A DNA stretch of 64,000 nt, taken from Coleofasciculus sp. D1-CHI-01 (GTDB taxonomy: Bacteria; Cyanobacteriota; Cyanobacteriia; Cyanobacteriales; Coleofasciculaceae). The notes beneath the pieces were generated by a model. The model was not told where the DNA came from. It saw nothing but the letters and a program-made list of their open reading frames with translations, and ran no database searches. The stretch lies in the NCBI GenBank assembly GCA_040218875.1, contig JAVJQP010000092.1, one strand, 5' to 3'. The position numbers and the translations under genes are program-made. Within the stretch, counting starts at the first letter, position 1. The number at the start of each line of letters is the position of its first letter. Positions 60,568 through 64,000 of this stretch are shown here, in pieces.

Positions 60568-61269
60568 ATGCCATTGATAATCCTGGTTGTAGATGACAAC
60601 CTAGGTACTCGTCTTTCTGTGAGCGATTACCTGGAAATGTCAGGCTATTCAGTTGTAACGGCAGAAGATGGTCAAGAGGCTCTGTCTCTGATTGATAAGT
60701 ATCATCCTCACCTAATCGTCACCGATATCAATATGCCGAAATTGAATGGCTATGAACTTGTGCAACAAGTTCGGAAACGACCAGCTTTCCGCTTGTTACC
60801 TGTGGTTTTTTTAACGGAGCGCAGTAGTACTGAGGAGCGGATTAAGGGCTACCAATTAGGATGTGACTTGTATTTGCCCAAACCCTTTGAAATGAAGGAA
60901 TTGAGTGCTGTAATTCGGAATCTGCTGGAACGGTCTCAGATGATGCAAGCCGAATTGCGATTCTCTTCTACTGATACAGGACAATCACCCCCATCGCCAG
61001 AGACTCCGGATACTCTGCCCAAATCCGAATCAACTCCCCGTGCGATCGCCTCCCCCACCTCCCCATCCAATGTACTGCATCTGACTCAACGGGAACAACA
61101 GGTTTTAGACTTACTGACCACAGGGTTATCCAATAGCGAAATTGGGAACAAGCTACACCTGAGTCCTCGGACGATTGAAAAATACGTCAGCAGTCTCCTG
61201 AGAAAAACAGAAACCAGCAACCGTGCCGAAATTGTGCGTTTTGCCCTAGAAAATCATTTAGTTGATTGA
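60568..61269 (+). CDS. response regulator, REC + LuxR/NarL-type HTH, with Pro/Ser-rich linker
   Basis: REC motifs (ILVVDDN, LIVTDINMPKLNG, LPKPF). HTH segment LTQREQQVLDLLTTGLSNSEIGNKLHLSPRTIEKYVSSLLRK. Confidence 0.9.
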   Translation: MPLIILVVDDNLGTRLSVSDYLEMSGYSVVTAEDGQEALSLIDKYHPHLIVTDINMPKLNGYELVQQVRKRPAFRLLPVVFLTERSSTEERIKGYQLGCDLYLPKPFEMKELSAVIRNLLERSQMMQAELRFSSTDTGQSPPSPETPDTLPKSESTPRAIASPTSPSNVLHLTQREQQVLDLLTTGLSNSEIGNKLHLSPRTIEKYVSSLLRKTETSNRAEIVRFALENHLVD

Positions 61270-61500
61270 CTAAATCGCTTTGTTGTGATATGTGATTTCG
61301 TCGGCTGATTCATGATGGAAATCATCACCCAGTATGGGCGGAGTCGTTCATTTCTGTTCTGTCAATCAGTTGACCACATTGCCAACTGATTTAAGGCACA
61401 ATAGTAGTAAGGGCTAGCTGGAGTTGCTAGGGATCAATTTGAAAGAATTGACAATTAGTAACTCTAACGCTAAAATACCGAATTCACACTGCTTTAGACC

Positions 61501-61752
61501 ATGCTTCAAGACACTCGAACCATACGCTACTATCAGCAACTTACAGATGCTCTAGTTTTTATGTGGAACCGGGGATATCGCTTTGACGAACTGCGGTTAT
61601 ACATTGATGGCTATCTTGATGCTCTTCGACATAGTAATGCTATAGAAGTTTATTTGATTCATCGCTTGGAGGAAGACGCTGTTCGTTATCTACGCGATCC
61701 CTCCAACTTTGAAGCTGTACCCTTACCAGAACCCGAAACCGATTACTATTAA
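61501..61752 (+). CDS. small conserved hypothetical protein
   Basis: An 83-aa ORF with an ATG start, followed by a strong terminator. No motif was recognised. Confidence 0.45.
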   Translation: MLQDTRTIRYYQQLTDALVFMWNRGYRFDELRLYIDGYLDALRHSNAIEVYLIHRLEEDAVRYLRDPSNFEAVPLPEPETDYY

Positions 61753-61892
61753 AACTCGATGAGGTAATTAGGTGTAGGCGCTCTCCCTTCACCTGTGTCA
61801 ACTTAAGCCACAATCCTTGCCAATCTCCGGTAGCTCCCAGACGCGCCATGGCACGTCTCTACATTGTTCTTAGGTTAAGGTTAAGCATAGTT

Positions 61893-61918
61893 AAAAAGCC
61901 TGCTTAAGCAGGCTTTTT
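61893..61918. terminator. bidirectional Rho-independent terminator
   Basis: aaaaagcctgc-ttaa-gcaggcttttt: a GC-rich stem flanked by an A-tract and a T-tract, between the convergent genes 61501-61752 (+) and grxD (-). Confidence 0.8.
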
Positions 61919-61957
61919 GATTGGTTTTGCGCTTTCTAGCTTAGAACGGCGAAGATG

Positions 61958-62281
61958 TCAAGATGCCAATGCCACTTCGACCATCTCCTGTAATTCGCCG
62001 TTCTGATAAAGCTCGATCATCACATCTGAACCACCAATGAATTCGCCGTTGACGTAAACTTGGGGAATTGTGGGCCAATTGGAATAGTCCTTAATACCTT
62101 GACGCACTTCCGGATCATCAAGAATATTCACGGTTGCGTAGGAAACACCCAAGGTATTCAGGATTTGGACGACATTGTTGGAAAAACCACATTGGGGCAT
62201 CAGTTTGGTGCCTTTCATAAACACCACAATTTTGTCCTGGTTGATGAGCTGGTCAATCCGTTCTTTAACTGCTGGCGTCAT
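61958..62281 (-). CDS. grxD: monothiol (Grx4-family) glutaredoxin
   Basis: CGFS active site (PQCGFSNN). [18 protein letters not shown]. The preferred start is the ATG at 62281 (MTPAVKERI). Confidence 0.9.
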   Translation of the reverse strand: MTPAVKERIDQLINQDKIVVFMKGTKLMPQCGFSNNVVQILNTLGVSYATVNILDDPEVRQGIKDYSNWPTIPQVYVNGEFIGGSDVMIELYQNGELQEMVEVALAS

Positions 62282-62334
62282 AGCTTTGCTGAAATGTCTT
62301 TTGTAGTTTTGTATGGGTCTAGTGTAGCGAGAGT

Positions 62335-62595
62335 TTATACAGCCTGACGGGTAGCTTGCCAAGATGCAGGGGTATAGGTTTTCAGCGCTAGGGCGTGAAT
62401 GGCTTCGCTTGCCATTGCTTGCTGGAGAGCGCCATAAACAAGCTGGTGCTGTTTTACCAAGCTTTTGCCTTCAAACTGGGAGGACACAACAATCGCTTGC
62501 AGATGATCACCGCCGCCGGTTAAGTCTTGTACCTGTACCTGAGCATCAGGAAGTTCTGCTTTGATCATTGTCTCAACTTGCTCTGGACTAATCAT
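62335..62595 (-). CDS. bolA: BolA-family protein
   Basis: [33 protein letters not shown] and HALALKT are typical BolA motifs. It is adjacent to its usual partner, the monothiol glutaredoxin. Confidence 0.85.
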   Translation of the reverse strand: MISPEQVETMIKAELPDAQVQVQDLTGGGDHLQAIVVSSQFEGKSLVKQHQLVYGALQQAMASEAIHALALKTYTPASWQATRQAV

Positions 62596-62632
62596 ACCCA
62601 CTCCATTTTTCTTCAACGTTCTACATACTAAT

Positions 62633-63259
62633 TTAACGTTCTGGAGTCACGGATGAAGTCGGTTCGCTATTGCCAGAGGGGGGGAAGGGAGAACCGACGA
62701 ATCCCAATTCAAAAAGCTGCTGGTAAGCTTTTTTACCCAAATCACGGGTGGGATTCTGAGAACGAATGATCTGAATCAGTAAGGGAACCGCTAATTCCGG
62801 TTGATCTTGGGCGCGATGTACCAACGCCAATTGATAGGTGGCTTCATCCCGCATTTCTGCCGTTTGCAGCGCGTTTTGCCGATGTTCATTGAAAATCCGG
62901 TTATCAATTCCCGAAAAACTGTCAGCTAACTGCTGATAGAAATTAGACAATTGGTTGAAAACTTGACGCGCCTGCTGAAGTTTTTGAGAGGCTAACGTAT
63001 AGTCTTGAGCTTCAATGGCTTGATTTGCCTCTACCATTAACCGCTGTCCCCCCTGTAAACTCAGCAGGCTATCGTCCTGAGTTAAGGGGCGTAGCTCACT
63101 AGAATCATCTGGCTCAGGCTGCATTTGGCTGACCTCTTCTGGAAGCGCAGCCACTTGAGTTTGAGCGTGGGCGGGGGATAAGAGCGCCACACTTGTAGTG
63201 AAGGGAAAGGCAACAAGGCAGGTAAAGCCAAGGCTATGAATCGTTCCAGAAGAGATCAT
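62633..63259 (-). CDS. secreted hypothetical protein with TPR-like helical region
   Basis: A signal-like N-terminus ending AHAQ, then a helical Gln/Ala-rich sequence. Confidence 0.5.
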   Translation of the reverse strand: MISSGTIHSLGFTCLVAFPFTTSVALLSPAHAQTQVAALPEEVSQMQPEPDDSSELRPLTQDDSLLSLQGGQRLMVEANQAIEAQDYTLASQKLQQARQVFNQLSNFYQQLADSFSGIDNRIFNEHRQNALQTAEMRDEATYQLALVHRAQDQPELAVPLLIQIIRSQNPTRDLGKKAYQQLFELGFVGSPFPPSGNSEPTSSVTPER

Positions 63260-63546
63260 GTAAAAAATAGGGATAATATTTTAACAAACACAGAAACCTT
63301 CGGGTATCTTACCATCGCCAGATGCGGCAAGGGGAGTCAGATGACGATCGCTAAACTTGAGGGCAGAAAATTTGCCGTCCATCACTAACCATCAGCGATG
63401 ACCCGATTACCAGGCAGTGGGGCACTCTTACCAGCTAGACTGAAACAATACCCGGAAGGTTTCTTAGAAATCCGGAGTAATAGGATCAAGAAAAATAGTC
63501 ATAATTTAATGATCTTGTACGATTGACGAGTAATCTATTCTAAACC

Positions 63547-64000
63547 ATGATCCCGCATCCTGATTCTCTGCCAGACGATTCTCCTCAAACCACGCCGATT
63601 CCCGAAGAAAGCATCGGTCTGCTCCTGCAACGGGGCGGTGAAGAACTAGGATTACTAAAGGTGCGCGATCGCTTCACTATGCGCTCCCCTGAAATCCCCG
63701 TCGAGCAGCTCGAACAAGCCCTGAGTATCCACCACCAGCGTCAAATTCCCCGCACTCAGCTAGCCGAATTTACGGTTGACGCCGAACACCGGGATGAGAC
63801 AATGCAAGCGGCACGCGATCGCGAACATGTTGTCTTTGCTAGTCATGTCTACCAACTCAAGGACGATCCAGCGACCTTCATTTACCTGGGCGATCAACTG
63901 ACGATTCAATTTCACCCCGACACCGATGACGCCAAAATCTCCGCCATTGAGACCGAATTTGGCTTAAAATCCGTGCGATCGCTCATTGGTATTCCCAACA
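63547..64000 (+). CDS. hypothetical protein, 5' partial (runs off the right edge)
   Basis: An ATG at 63547 followed by 151 codons without a stop to the window end. Codon usage resembles neighbouring core genes. It is not in the ORF track because no stop is reached. Confidence 0.5.
   Translation, partial: MIPHPDSLPDDSPQTTPIPEESIGLLLQRGGEELGLLKVRDRFTMRSPEIPVEQLEQALSIHHQRQIPRTQLAEFTVDAEHRDETMQAARDREHVVFASHVYQLKDDPATFIYLGDQLTIQFHPDTDDAKISAIETEFGLKSVRSLIGIPN

Overview
This is a 64-kb chromosomal window from a cyanobacterium. That origin is inferred from abundant HIP1 GCGATCGC octamers, STRR-like tandem heptamer/nonamer arrays in intergenic spacers, and the gene set prk, petH (with a CpcD-like N-terminus), ftsH, infC and grxD/bolA. 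Core content: a GH13 glucan enzyme, an RND efflux pair, an MFS transporter, a methyltransferase, a tandem-duplicated glutaminase, asnB, prk, petH, ftsH, a 1881-aa hybrid histidine kinase coupled to a REC-GGDEF protein, a thioesterase, an SGNH hydrolase, gdhA, a transporter-HEAT fusion with a cNMP-binding partner, infC, a LuxR-type response regulator, grxD and bolA. Two visibly AT-richer accessory islands stand out. Island (i), about 22.0-30.8 kb, holds decayed genes (a Uma2 gene with an in-frame stop, a TPR/CHAT-type N-terminal fragment) and a 295-bp element with perfect 15-bp terminal inverted repeats. It also holds a divergent caspase-TIR / TIR-FGE(SUMF1) gene pair, a 1122-aa SF1 helicase-PLD protein whose HKD motif reads N-x-K, and a small-protein/retropepsin-like protease pair. 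Island (ii), 43.4-54.5 kb, holds a seven-gene, translationally coupled type III-D-like Cas10/RAMP operon: a CARF protein, an HD-less Cas10 with GGDD, Cas7, Csx10-like, fused Cas7-Cas7, Csx19-like and a 725-aa RAMP. A WYL-domain gene sits divergently next to it. No CRISPR array, cas6, cas1 or cas2 occurs anywhere in the window. Also present are a REP-flanked RAYT transposase, an internally deleted IscB/IsrB-like remnant with a possible omega-RNA remnant, and several small palindromic repeat families. No rRNA, tRNA or CRISPR array was found. All family assignments come from motif recognition by eye and need HMM confirmation.
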